Origin: Utricularia gibba
Lineage: Eukaryota; Plantae; Magnoliophyta
NCBI GenBank assembly: GCA_002189035.1
Contig: NEEC01000016.1
Span: 2,046,001-2,110,000 of the forward strand
Length of the DNA: 64,000 nt
Direction: 5' to 3'
Below the pieces are notes generated by a model, which was not told the origin of the DNA, did no database searches, and was given only the letters and a program-made list of their open reading frames with translations. The position numbers and the translations under genes were made by a program. Shown piece after piece: positions 1 to 11,849 of this stretch (within the stretch, counting starts at the first letter, position 1; every line of letters begins with the position of its first letter).

Positions 1-239
1 AGTGATATTGAAGCACAACAGCCCAACACAGTCCAACAGATGAAATGAACAATTGTAGAAAACACAACTATAAAACCTCATGTGAAGAACAAAAACATTA
101 GATCTGCTGGAAAAACATACAAAGTAAACTAAAAGTATGGCAAAGATGAAGGATTGTAATGTTGTTTGTATGGTGGAGATGGAAGAAAGGTGCTATTGAA
201 GAACGAAGAGTGAAGAATAAAAATAATTAGGATTTTCAA

Positions 240-376
240 AACCCTTGATCTGGCGAATTGACCCGTACCTATTAAAACATGACCCGACTCGTACCTGTTA
301 TACATAAGTACGAGTCACAGGTTGACGCGTCAATCCACTGGATTAGCGAGTTGACCCAAAACCGTGTCCACCTCTA
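240..376. mobile_element. Probable hAT-type DNA transposon terminus (rest lies left of the window)
   Basis: Ends in CCGTGTCCACCTCTA (reverse complement TAGAGGTGGACACGG, hAT-like TIR) at 376 and is preceded by several GACCCG/GACGCG-like subterminal motifs. The partner end is not in the window. Confidence 0.45.
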
Positions 377-460
377 CCCTAGCTACCACTATCCTTGGGA
401 AAGAAAAGAGCTACTGAAGAAAAGGCTTGTTGAGACCTTGGCCTTTTGAGAGGAGAAGGC

Positions 461-1319
461 TGATAAACGAAAAATTTGGCAATGTCATTAAGATTGAAAA
501 TTCTTATTTCAAATAAATTTATAAACCTAATTCACATGTAATCATACATTAAATATAAGCATAGAAGACTACGATCGAACACAAGGAATTATGTGCTTGT
601 TTATGTGAAAGTTGATGCATACTATTTTTGTCACTATAGTGATTAGCATGTTACCATCTTTCTACATATTTGCTCATCCCCCTTTTATCCCAAGGCACCT
701 CTTAGTGCTTAACCACTCATATTAAGATAAAATCAAATATGTTCATAACATAGCAATCAAAACATATTCATGTCACAGTGCAAAAACAATAAAAAAATAT
801 AAAAATAAACAGAAATCATAAATAGTTCGTGCAGAAAGCTAAAACCACTTCTGGCTAGGAATAATGTTCCTAATAAATAAAGGAGAGTTCAAAAGTAAAC
901 TTGAATCCTGGTTTCATCTTCTTCGTTCTCCATGGTTCTGCTATGATTTCCTCCCCAGAATTGTGTGGTGTATTGTTCAAGGTTTTGAACATATTTTATC
1001 TTTCATTATTATGCCAAAAATCTACCTTTTTTTCCACATTGGAATTTGATGTCTTTTATTTTTAGCTTTTGTCCTCACTTTCTCCACTTCGCTGTTATCT
1101 TTCAGCTCCTTTGGATTTGGGCTACTGAAACATGCAGCATTGCTTAAGAAAATGATTAGAACTAAGATTGGGACAAAATCCATTCTTTAGTCTGAATTAG
1201 GAATAAAAGATGCAAATAGTGGTACTAGTCACAAAATGCAGAAATGCACAATAAAATCCAAGTTTTGTAGCAAAATATTAATTATAATTTTTTTAAATAC
1301 TCAAAAATATGTGTTATCA
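461..1319 (-). mobile_element. Athila-type gypsy LTR, family A, probable solo LTR
   Basis: Bounded by TGATAA...TTATCA. Alignable by eye to 33124-34081 and 42135-43287. Flanks AAGGC/AAAGT may be a decayed TSD. Confidence 0.75.
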
Positions 1320-1479
1320 AAAGTAGAGAAGAAAATTTTGCGAGTTCATCCCAAACACACCCTACCACACTACTGCATTCCGGCCTCTGGAACATGGCTG
1401 ATAAGAAGAGGGATTCAATTGGTTCCTCTCCCTTTTGATCGAGTTCTTCAAACCTCGATGACAGGAAGAGGTCTTCAAA

Positions 1480-1865
1480 CTTTTCGATTGGTGCAAATAA
1501 AAGACCAATAGTACTTCAATGTCGAGTTCTTGACATTGAAGTAAAGCAGATGGAGTCAAGGATATATTTATCCCAAGAAAATTTTATAATCGAGATTCTA
1601 GACAAATTTGAATTGCCAATTGCAATCCTAGTGACACATCCATTGAAGTTAGCATAATTATCAGATATAGACCTTGCTGAAAAGGTGAATTCAAGGGACT
1701 TAAAGAGTCTAGTTGCAAGCCTACGTTATATTACTAGCACCAGACTAGATGTGCTCTTTGGAGTTGAAGTAGTAACCAGATTTATGGAGGAACCTACAAA
1801 CATACATATGAAGTTAGTAAGGAGGATATTAAGGTATTCTAGAGGAATAGTAGATTATGGTATAG
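1480..1865 (+). mobile_element. Ty1/copia reverse transcriptase fragment
   Basis: Translates to IEVKQMES..IFISQ and SLVASLRYITSTRLDVLFGVEVVTRFMEEPTNIHMKLVRRILRY, typical of the copia RT C-terminal region. Confidence 0.85.
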
Positions 1866-3594
1866 AAGCTTGCAGGCATAGCATACCATTCATAAGAGGA
1901 AAGCTTGAAGCTCGAATGATGTCCGATTGTATTTAATAATTCTGAGCTTTTTTAAAAAACCTTTTTGAATTTGACCTTGTGATGTTTGCCAATAATACAA
2001 TCTTCATAGATTTTCTGAGAAGCTTCGCTGCAATTGATGAGTTCATATTTCTTCAGGTACTTGAGTCCCTTATTAGAGAGGTGACCCATCCTTTTATGCC
2101 ATAGTTGATGATTCGTTTCTAAATTAACTGCTATAGTAGTCTTAGAAATTTCTGATTCTGAGTATGATACAATGTTCCTTCTAGGATGCCTTTAGCTATC
2201 TCCGTTAATCCCTTTACTAGCTTCCATATTTGTTTGCCAAGATTTCTGAAATAACCTGCCTTTTCAAATTGATTTACTGCATGTAGATTCAATCTGATTG
2301 CTAGAATGTACCTCATGCTTTCTAGATTAAAAGTGAAGCCACAATTTGTAGTACATAAAGATCACCGATTCCCATCTTTACCTTATCATGATTTCCAGCT
2401 GAATAATTGACCAGAAATTCTCTATAAGGAGTGGCATGAAAATTGGTTGTAGAGTCAATTACCCAATATGTTTGAGAGCGAGAGTAGGTGGCTTCATATG
2501 GCAAGATACTCTGTGTTTCCTTTCCCGAGATCTCAAATAGTAACACCATTACTTCTCCATCTAAGGATTCACAGACTAAAATACCATTATCCACTTTTTG
2601 TTTTTCTTGTAAATTCTCCTTTTCCTAATACTTTTGCATAGTCGTCTGCCAAAACTTGCACTCTTTCTTGAAATGTCTAGGTTTCTTACAGTAGAAACAC
2701 GTCTTCTCGATTTGAGTTCTTGAGGCTTTATCTGATGAATTTTCTCTTGATCGTTGTCCCTTCTCCTTTCAATTTTTCTTGTTCTTGTAATTTTTTTTCC
2801 GATTACCGGCTTTTCCTTTATGTTCGACAGCAGCTAAAGTGCCCTTCTTGTCACTACATGACCCTTTCCTTCTTATTTCTTCCTACAACAAGCATTGGCC
2901 ACATTGTCGCACACAAGACTTTCTTGAGTAATATTGCTTAGAGTAATTACATGAATTTCCCAGCTGGGAGGTAATGAATGAAGAAGCTTTATGGCTTGGG
3001 TTCCATCCTTCATATTCCTTGAACTTTCCGATGTGTTGTTTCATGCTTTCACCATCCTTATATTTTATATCAGCAAATTTCTTTTCCAACATAATCTTAT
3101 TGAGAGCATTAGAAGGTCTAAAAGTGTCTTGAATCTCCTTCCATAGTACTTTAATATCTTCATCATATTCCTTGAACTTACAGTGATAAAAATTATCAAT
3201 GCAAAGAAGGATATATGCACAGGCTTTATGGTGCAATGATTTCCAGTCATCATTTGATGTTTTTACTTGTTTCTTACTTCCATATCTGACAAGATTCCAT
3301 AGATCTTTGCATATTAATACTGACTTCATCTTAGAAATTCAAAGAGGGTAATTCTTGGAATTTAGTTTAACCATTCCAAAGGATTCCTTCATATTTTCAA
3401 TCTTGACTATTAATCATAGTAGAAGAACAAGCTCTGATATCAATTGTACGATCAAAAGCTTCAAGAAATTTGAAGATTCAGTAAAATAGCAAAAATGTGA
3501 CGGAAATTTGTAGGATCATAGTAGCAGAATTTTTTTTGTTACTATCCATTAGTTACTCCTCATATAAGAGGTGCATAATATTTACTTTGTGACA
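1866..3594 (-). mobile_element. Truncated Tnt1/Tork-like copia element: 5' LTR, PBS, gag, protease, start of integrase
   Basis: PBS GCTCTGATATCA at 3431-3442 (reverse complement of the tRNA-iMet PBS TGGTATCAGAGC, 1 mismatch), with the LTR end at 3445. Gag ORF 2883-3329 (UBN2-like). Protease motif WVIDSTTNFHATP in ORF 2322-2594. The outer LTR edge is approximate. Confidence 0.85.
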
Positions 3595-5568
3595 ATGGTT
3601 TTATGTGTAGGATGTTATTATTTATGTAACAATAGTTATACAAATTGTCAAGGTTTTTAGCTCCTTATCGGTCTATTCCTTTGCATTTAAAGGAGTGGGG
3701 TGTAGGTCCAAGTCCACATCAAAGTTCAAAGGAATACTTCAATATGCATCATTCGTCTACTAGGAATATTATTGAAAGAGCATGGGGATTGATGAAAATT
3801 AGGTGGGGCATTCTAAGAGGTGCAAACTATTATCCTCTATGAACTTCTCTACGTATTATTATAGCTTGTGCATTGCTCCATAATTTCATTCGAAGGGTAA
3901 TGCATTGTGATCCTTTTGAAATTGAGGTAATTGAAGGATATTAGAATTTGGATGCTGAATATCAAAAGAGTTTAATGTCATCCATACATTTGAAAGCACA
4001 CCAGAGTGGAATGCTTGACGGGATCATCTCATCAATAGTATATACATGAGTAGGAATGCTACCCATAGAGGTACGTTGTCTTCTATGAATGTCATAATTA
4101 GTTGTAACAAATAAATTCTTATATGTTCTATTTCATCTTAAATGAAGAGTAATGGATTTTCTTAGAACTATTCTCCTCTATTCCATTTCTTTATTTGCAT
4201 CTGCTGATGTGCATAATGAGAGGGAAGAATTTACAAAGCATTCCAAAGTTGCAATATCTCGAGTTATAGATTGCATAACCTTAAGCCGTTGTGAGGTAGT
4301 CGTTGGGAGTGTAGAACCACGTACCAAATCTGAAACTTTTCTTTTTTTATCTTGCATCTCTTGGCCAAGTGCAAGAAGCTTCTCTTTGTGTTCAAGAATT
4401 GTAGCATTGGAGCCCTATTGAGTGCTTGAAGATCAATAATGAGATCATCAACATCATTAGTAGCATGCCTTATTTTTTTTTTGACCTTCTATCCTTACTG
4501 AATCATCATCTCTATTGTTTGAAGAAGCTTGGTTTTGCTTTTGTTTACACCCTTTAAAAGTAGAAGAGGTTTCCTCAAAAAATGGGGATATCTCATCATT
4601 TGCAGAATACTTCTCTTGAGTATCAGAAGGCGGTGTAGAGACTAGCAGTAGATAGTTATCTTGACTAAAAAGTAGTTCAACATGTAGATGATCAATAACA
4701 ATATTAATGTCTCCAAACTCTTGAAAATTTTCAGTTGCTCTATCTTTATCAAATATTTGAACATAATCCTCATAGTATGGCCATGTTCTATTCCTTAACA
4801 TGCTGCATTACTGCATATCATGTTGCAAAAATAGGATATTATACTCATTACCACAAACATATTCTCAAGTTTTTCCAAAATAATCATAAAATAAACTATA
4901 CCTCTTTCAAATCTTCTTATAATTCTGGAGTAGCTTCTACACACTTTGCTATATAATCAAAACCACTACCGAACTTGAATAAAAAATCAACCAATATGTT
5001 GTAATCTCTCTTGAATGTCTGATGTTTCGAATGCATATGAGGTTGAGGTTTCTTATCTGATCTAGGTAAAAGTTTTTTAAAAATCTGCTCTAATGTTGGT
5101 AGATTGTTTGGTTTCCACCCATTTTCACACCTCCAACTTATGGCTACTAACTCTTTTACAACAATAATGAGGAGACACTTTTCATGTAGACTCTTGGTGT
5201 TTCTTGATCTGCAATTCTCCCTCCTCTCAGCCCTTGTAGGTTTCTTCTTAGATTTGTTCTTTTTTATCTTAGTTGCTCCATTACAAAATAAAGATGAAAG
5301 AATTTTTTTAGACATACAGAAAGCACAAATGATAAAATCACTATAGTGCATTTCTTGGATCGATGAGATTCAAGGGTGAGCAATTTTGGATTGATACGAA
5401 GGGTTGGGTATGTTTACATCCTAGTTGAGTGTTCATCTTCCTTTGTCCATGTATGATTTGAATGCTTTCTACTTGCTTCTACTTTCCACCTATCAAAGTA
5501 AAATAGGAGTAAAAATGAGATTTTAGTATAAGTTATCCTAACTTAACTACACTTTACCAAACACACTC
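3595..5568. mobile_element. PIF/Harbinger transposon remnant: 3' part of the DDE nuclease (+) and a convergent Myb/SANT gene (-)
   Basis: Plus strand reads YYLCNNSYTNCQGFLAPYR..HLKEWG..EYFNMHHSSTRNIIERAWGLMKIRWGILR from about 3612. Minus-strand ORFs 4917-5351 and 4457-4801 are Myb/SANT-like (GWKPN, RNRTWPYYED). A TIR-like CTTTACCAAACACACTC lies at 5552-5568. Confidence 0.85.
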
Positions 5569-5899
5569 AAAATAAATAAACGATCTTACCCAACATGTGT
5601 TTATACAAACAATTTAATAAATATCAAACATAACAAAAATAATCTAAACAATGGAAAAGTTAAACAACACTATCAAACATGACCTAAGAAGCTACACAAG
5701 GAATGAAAGATAGAAGTACTCATTCATACTACGAGAAGAGGGAAGAATTATATTAAAAGGTTAGCATATAATAGAGGGGTCATTGATTTTCAAGGGCATG
5801 GATTGTAGTAGCATGGAATGATGATAGATGTATGATGACATGTACTTTTGTTCATATGTAAGAATTTGTACATACAAACTGAATACATGAGAAACTCAA

Positions 5900-6900
5900 C
5901 ATTAATTTGTATTAAATTCCTCTTGATTATATCCATACAAGGATGAACCTGAAATTTATGAAAGAAAAGTGATAGTTGTAGATGTTACACATACACTTAC
6001 AAAATTGCAAGGGAAGATTTTGGTTGTCACTTATTTGTTATGTCACAATGACATTTTTCCTCTTATTTGGAGCATTGTGGGCGGTGAATAGCTAAGAGGT
6101 AGAAATTGATTTGCCAGTATACTTGCAGAATATTATAGAATCATAGATGATACTCAAGAATAATTCACAATTATCTTAGATTAGAAAAGCAGTTTAATCC
6201 CACCATCAAATTTGTATTTTATAGAGTCAAGGTATATGTGGGGAATATGGACATAATCGTAGATCTTGCAAGATACAAAGAGACAATTATATTGTGGAAG
6301 ATGTGAAAGTAAGTTAATTTTATTTGGTGATAAAATCAGCTTCTATTTATGATTACATGTTCATGTCTTGGTTTATCTTAGAGTACAAAGGAATGCTCTA
6401 GAAGTTCAAAGAATATTATACCAGTTGACCATGGTCATTTAGTGATGCTGGAAGATAATATTCTATACAATAGATATCAAACCGTATATGCAGGATTTGT
6501 TTGCAGTTCTTCCATCATCTTCTCACATAATACCATCATCAACATTCATAATTACAATGTATTATCCAAAAATAGTCCTTAATGGACATCGAAGATGTAT
6601 CGCATCATGGAATATTGTGGGAAACAAGCTTTGAAATATGTGTCAGGAATATATGGAAGCATTTTGTATCAATCATAACCCCAAATTGCATGTGCGTGAA
6701 GTGTGCATTTTTTTTTTCGAAGAATGGATAGTTTATCAAAGAACACTTATGATATCATCCCTAGATAGATGTTATATGAAGAGATTTTTTCATTGAGTTA
6801 TGAATTCATGCTCATTTGCTCGAGATATAACCATACAATACATAGAGTTACAACTCTGAATAATTGTACAATTATGGTTTTGAATTACTGCTTTTAATTT
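5900..6900 (+). mobile_element. Internally deleted MULE/MuDR transposase remnant
   Basis: 5966-6091 reads KVIVVDVTHTLTKLQGKILVVTYLLCHNDIFPLIWSIVGGE, matching the MULE core motif VDGTHL.GKY.G.LL...N.IFPLA.AIV..E. 6237-6269 reads CGEYGHNRRSC (zinc knuckle). Downstream sequence is heavily decayed. Confidence 0.7.
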
Positions 6901-7678
6901 CACATACAATGATCATTGATCTCTAGTCATATTTTATGTTTTTTGAGATCTCAGTAATTGTACAATTCTCGTTTTGGATTCTCTCAGACAATAATTCTGC
7001 TTCTAATATAATAATAGTCATATTTGAAATTACTTTTATTGTTTAGAGTAATGATGTATGCACATTCAGTAATATATAACATGTGTGAGATACCTGTACT
7101 ATGTAGCCTCATTGCTATAATCAATACCTATGATCTAAAGCCCCCATCACATCATATCCCTATTTCGTACAATCATATAACTATATATATGTTGTTAATA
7201 TCAACAATATACACATAACTTATTATTTTATATACTAGGTCCCACAACAACCTAGATTACACAAATGTGGGTATTACACAACATATTTCTTGGTGAGATT
7301 AATGTAACAAGCTAAGACTATTTATGAACTTTGTGGTTATTCCTACTTTATAAGTAAATTCATCCCATATGTATTATTTTATTATCAGGAATTATTTTTT
7401 AAAGCACACATACGAACTCTACATGGTTTGTTTTAGAGTATGTTGAGCATTTTGTCTTTGATCATGCCATTCCACCATAAACATCAGATATTCTAATTGA
7501 GATGTCATTTTCAATACACAACCAATTAGTAGAAATAGGCAAAAAGGAGGAGTGTAACCTATTTTATGAAGATGATGTTGATTTGTATTTATTGTTATTC
7601 TAAAAAAACTATTATACATATATTAATCAACATTAAATTTTATATTTACAATCGATCTTAAGGTATTTTGTTATTAAT

Positions 7679-8660
7679 TGATAAGTAATTTTGTGTCGTT
7701 CTAAAACATGTTTTTCCACTATTTTTGAGTGTTTTTTTTATGTATCTTAGACTCCACTTTCTCATTATTTTCAATTGATTTTGTATCTTTCATACTATTT
7801 TGATCTTTTTGGAGAGAAAGTGTACTTTATGGATTTTTAGGGCATTTGTGCATGAATTTGAGGAGAAATCAAGACCCACCAAATTAGGAACTTGATGGGC
7901 CACGAATCTCAGCACAAGACTCGGTCAAACGATGAAGATTCGGTCCAAGATTCATGGATAAGATAGAGATATGAAGATGATCTTCAAAGATTTGGATAAA
8001 ATATTTTGATAGAAGATCTTATCCAAGCTCATGAAACAAATCCAATACGAATACTTAAATCTACTCTCCTATAAATACCCCACTCTCTCAATCATTAGAG
8101 ATGTCCTTTGACCACTTTTCTTTTGTATTTTTCCTATTTTCATGTCTATTTTCATGTGAAAGTCGAGTATGCACGTATAGGCGCTTGCTGCTAAGGATCT
8201 GTGTTGAAGTCTTGCTTGTGCAAGTCTTACGCGTGTGACTGTTTTACTATGTTTTTCGACATTTAAATTGAGGTTTGATTTTGTTTTTCGCAATGTTTTC
8301 TTTACCAGCATGCTCTTTAGTATCACATAACCCGAAGGGAGTGTGAGAGAATCAAAAGTTGACATCAAGCACCTAAGGAGAAGGGCTCAATCGGACATCG
8401 TTGGTAAGGCACATTCTATCTAATCTGTATGAAAGGTGTGAGGTGTAAAGGTTAGATTTGGATGTAGGGAAAACATGGGTTATCACAAGAGGTGAAATGG
8501 CTCTAGTGGTGTGGTTGATTCTATAATCCCACTAAAAGAGGGATGGTGCTATAACGGTCACCAAATAGCACTATTTTAGAATAAATCCCCCAAAGCTTGC
8601 GCAAACATGTTAGTCTTCAAGGTTTGCACACACACAAGAGACGAGTTTTGAGCAAGGTGG
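7679..8660 (+). mobile_element. Athila-type LTR, family C (right end approximate)
   Basis: Starts TGATAAGTAATTTTGTGTC. Homologous along its length to 44849-45670, and partly to about 32556-32945 and 30290-30500. Confidence 0.75.
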
Positions 8661-8979
8661 ATCTTTGATCTAAGGTCACTTTCCTTATTGTTTTTGAAAT
8701 CAAATCTTTTTTTTATTTTCGATCTTTTTATAGTCTTTATTTAAAAAGAAAATTTCAATAAGAATTACCTATGAATATGATCTTATTTTATTACTTCGAT
8801 GGTTTATGTGCACTTGCAAATTCACCATCATTTATAATCAATATTAAAAATTTATAAAATATGAATTAATTGAATAGATTTTGCTCGGCATATATAGAAT
8901 ACATTAAAAAAGGAGATTTGATTAGCTAGAGGAGTGCCAAATGATGCAAAGGTAGTATCACGATTTCAAGAAATGCAGC

Positions 8980-9300
8980 AAACGGTGTTGTAGAGAGTTC
9001 ATTGAGCTGGAAAAATTCTTTTTTGAATCTGGGGACTAATTTTACCTAAATTGATAAATAGTAGAGATTTATAATTTCAATTTGATATGGAGATCGATTA
9101 CACCAGATATTCAAACAATGGGGGACTAAATGTGCAATGTATTTAAACTATGGGGACAAAATATGCATGATATAAAAATATTGAAACTTTAAAATGCATT
9201 GGATATGAAACTTTAGGGTTTATCGTTGCTTGATAACTTAAAATGTAGGAACTAATTGTGTCAAATAACTAAAAGTTTGGAGATCAATTTTTCCATTGAG
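8980..9300. mobile_element. Mutator-like long TIR remnant
   Basis: AT-rich with repeated GGGAC(T/A)AA motifs. Shares CCTAAATTG(A)TAAATAGTAGAGATT with about 14874-14898. Confidence 0.45.
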
Positions 9301-9539
9301 GACAAAACGTATAATTTAGATCAAATAATATAGACCCTTTTGTCATTAAGTAAAACAATTGAGACTTTTCATGTAATTTTGCCCATGTATAAAATATTTA
9401 TAATATATGTATGTGTACTCAATATGTTATTATCTTTTACACAAAGATCCTACAACAACCTAGATCAAATGAGTGTTGATATGATGTATTGTATTTCTTA
9501 GTAAGGTTCATGCAATAAGTAAATTTGTACAAATCAACG

Positions 9540-11690
9540 ACGATCCATAAGAATATAGATCTCACTCCATGGATCTAACTTCCCATGCCTCTGCCTTGGG
9601 ACATAAGAATATGCTATAGTACCAAAAGCATTCAAATGATCCGCATTGGTTTTCTGTCATACTAGACCTCATAGGGTGTTGTGGAACCAAGTATTTCAGT
9701 GAGAATTCTATTAAACAAATAAATTGTAGTATTCACTACTTCAACCCACAAAAATTATGGAATATCCATCTCAAACAGCAAGCACCATGCAATATTGACT
9801 GTAGTTCAAATCTTCCTTTCACTAAGTCCATTTTTATGTGGTGTATACACAACAAAGAGTTGATGTGTCATAGTAAGAACTTCTTGAAAAATTTGGATAA
9901 AAACTCTAAGCCATTGTGTGAATGTAGAACTTGGAATCTTTGTCCAATCTCATTCTCAAACATGGCTTTAAAATTAGCAAAACTCTGCAAAGACTCAAAC
10001 TTGCTACATAGAAAATAGCCCCACACAAATATGTTGAAATCATCTATTAATAACAAAAAAATATCAGCTGTCATTTAGGCTTGTCACAAAAAAAGGACTA
10101 CATAAGTCACAAGGAATAAGGTTTAAGCTTCATATCCATTTTGTATTTTGAGTATTGTGGAAAAGGTTGATAACTTTGCTTCTCGAGTTGACAGTTAGAA
10201 CATATATGGAAGTGTACAACAAAATGTGGCTTGCCATTCACCATGTTGTTTCGGGTAATAATTTGCAGGGAATATGGATTCGGATGCCCCAGCCGTTTGT
10301 ACCAAAGCTTTGAAACCACTTTAACTCCAATGTAGGCTAATTGAGACACAGACTACAAGCATCCAATTTACCCATCTTGAAGCATGAACATTCTATCTTT
10401 CTTCTCTACTGTAAAGTCTCATTTATCTTGTGGAAGGAATGTTTTGCATACTTGCCCTATAAGGACTAACTGGAAACCAAATTCAGTAAGCTTCGACACA
10501 TTAAGCAAGCTTGTTGTGAGCTTTGGTACATTGAGCACATCCGAAATTCACAGTACCTTTACCCACAAAACAAGAGTCTAGCATCAATTGGTTCATAGAG
10601 GCCTGAACACTCTTTTGTGACAACACATGCTAGATCATCCATCGGGGTGCCTTCATCAAGCAAGACAATGCTGACTTGACTCTTTTGGTTATAATTCTTC
10701 ACGGCTGGTACAAATGTGGTGTGCACCCTACCAACATTCCCAAAAGTCTTTCATTTTCCACAAAAAGTATCCAACCCATAATAGCAATACTCAGTGGAAT
10801 GATTTAGCTTCCTACAAAATTAGCAAGATGGAAAATTGAGCCTTTGTTTGATAGATTGAGACTTAAATTTTCCCTAAATTTTGTTGACATATAAGGCCTT
10901 TTAGTTCCCTTTAAATTTACTCACTTTACCATCATGCATCACAAGAGCCTTTTTAACATCAACTGTGTGAGACTTATCTAAGACAACTGTGAGTGCCTTC
11001 TCAGCATCAAGAACATCCTACCTATAGGGCATGCATTACTCAAAGGCTTTTAAATGATTTATGACATCTCTTACAGTGAGATTTTGTAGATTTGAATCAA
11101 AATTTGTAATCTAAGAATCAAATCTACTAAGAACAGTTAAAAAAATCTTTTCCACCAAGGGCTTATCATCTACAACCTCTCCAAGCACTCTCAAATTACT
11201 CATCACATCCATGATGCAATCTATATATCCTTTTATGGAATCAGACTCAGCTATGCGCATCAAACTATCTTCTTAAGGTGAAGACTTGCATATACTTAGT
11301 AAGATCATTCCCTTTGAATTCTTCCTTAATCAGGAACCACACCTTGCAAGTAGTTTCAGCCACGATGATCCTCGAAAAAACAAGAGCCTCAATTTCTTCA
11401 ATAGCATCCCAAAGCTGCTACCCATGAAGATAGGTCCACATTTTTACAGCCTACGCATGACAAAACTCTCCATTGAATAGTGGAGTCTAAGTGTAGGACT
11501 TCGAAGACATACCCTCTAGTGTCCAGGCAACACTACCAATTGAAGGTTATATTGCTGCAAAATGTTTCAGAAAATGGAATAAAGAAAAAACTTGGATTGA
11601 TGAAATAGAGCATCACAATGAACTTATACTCACATTTTTGTAGTTGACCCATGATCGAAGTTCAAGGACACTATCCACATTTCAACACAA
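9540..11690 (-). mobile_element. Decayed copia element: 5' LTR, gag, protease, GAG-pre-integrase, integrase start
   Basis: ATG at 11510 gives MSSKSYT*TPLFNGEFCHA*AVKM..LWDAIE. LWYKRLGHP..CSNCQL at 10107-10349. Integrase FKAMFENEIGQRFQVLHSHNGLEF at 9868-10074. LTR end at 11541. Confidence 0.8.
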
Positions 11691-11849
11691 CTATCAAGAC
11701 TACTTGAATATTTTTCGTATATGATTTTGATTGAGCACCTCGCGGGCATACATTCTCATTATTTATTAAAATTGGACTATTGGTTTCAATATTTAATTAA
11801 AACGATATGGTTAGTTTTGGGTGCAGTTTGATAGTGACATTCTAAGTTA

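Noticed and set aside
11516-11540. Alternative-tRNA PBS
   Set aside because: The implied 3' end (..GTGTCCAGGCAACACTACCA) lacks a T-loop TTCG motif at the expected distance, so it does not look like a tRNA.
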